In this document: piece by piece, positions 63,329-64,000 of the stretch
How the letters are laid out: each line of letters opens with the position of its first letter
Position numbering within the stretch: position 1 is the first letter of the stretch
Source of the DNA: Candidatus Bathyarchaeota archaeon
Lineage (GTDB): Archaea; Thermoproteota; Bathyarchaeia; 40CM-2-53-6
DNA length: 64,000 bases
Assembly: GCA_963706285.1 (NCBI GenBank)
Contig: CAVPLU010000003.1
Span: 64,001-128,000 of the forward strand
Direction: 5' to 3'
Program-made: the position numbers and the translations under genes
Notes under the pieces: generated by a model
The model's database searches: none
Seen by the model: only the letters and a program-made list of their open reading frames with translations
What the model was told of the DNA's origin: nothing

Positions 63329-64000
63329 CTAAGAGCGAAGATCCAGACAAGGGGTCTAAATCTCTGGTTTGGCCGAAAACAAGTCCTAGATAACATTGAT
63401 CTTGACATTCTCGAGAACTCGGTCACCGCGATCATGGGGCCTTCGGGTTGTGGAAAGAGCACGCTGATTCGCGTGCTTAACAGAATGAATGACATTATTC
63501 TCGGATGTAGAAGTCACAGGCTCCGTATTGCTTGACGATGAGGACATCTATTCGCCATCAACAGACGTTGTCAAGCTGAGAACTCGCGTGGGAATGGTGT
63601 TTCAGAAACCTAACCCATTTCCGAAATCGGTATACGATAACGTCGCATTCGGGCCTAGGGTTCAGAGACGAACTAGCAAGGAAGAACTCGATGTCATTGT
63701 CGAGGAAAGCCTCAAGGGTGCCGCTTTGTGGGATGAAGTCAAGGACCGACTGAATGATTCAGCTCTGGATCTCTCAGGGGGACAACAGCAGCGACTATGC
63801 ATCGCAAGAGCACTGGCGGTCAAGCCGGAAGTCATCTTGATGGATGAGCCTTGCTCTGCCTTGGACCCAAGCGCAACAGCCAAGATTGAAGCAGCTGATG
63901 ACTGACCTAAAGAAGAAGTACACAGTAGTCATTGTTACTCATAATATGCAACAAGCCGCGCGGGTTTCTGACTACACGGCGTTCCTTTATGTTGGCAAGT
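63325..64000 (+). CDS. pstB: Phosphate ABC transporter ATPase (partial, frameshifted, runs off the window)
   Basis: [50 protein letters not shown]. Confidence 0.92.

Overview
Archaeal chromosomal segment. The gene set (GatDE, Elp3, LSm, RIO2, ATP-dependent DNA ligase, AOR, CofE, AbrB-PhoU) suggests a Bathyarchaeia-like anaerobic heterotroph; that placement is inferred from gene content only. Most of the window is housekeeping or metabolic: aminotransferase and gdhA, AOR-MoaD, four-subunit 2-oxoacid:ferredoxin oxidoreductase, FixABCX/Etf split by cofE, cysK-regulator-metY-metA, purA, pyrG, asnS, queD-folE-queC, phoU-pstSCAB, three ECF-type S-component transporters, and an accessory cluster of small hypothetical genes at 0-11 kb. 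About 20 single-base frameshifts, several in essential genes, point to an error-prone assembly rather than real pseudogenes. I found no CRISPR array, rRNA, complete tRNA, integrase or transposase. The most interesting signals are non-coding: (1) a riboswitch-like structured 5' leader with an anti-SD in front of queT (candidate archaeal preQ0/preQ1 switch); (2) a recurring ATAAC-N3-GTTAT operator at cysK and metY flanking a COG2522-type regulator; (3) a dispersed ~45-bp intergenic repeat; (4) a 57-bp palindrome upstream of a ParB-domain gene; (5) a tRNA-Ser-like 3' fragment (possible att scar); (6) several structured intergenic regions and unannotated micro-proteins. All functional calls come from motif recognition by eye, with no database searches.
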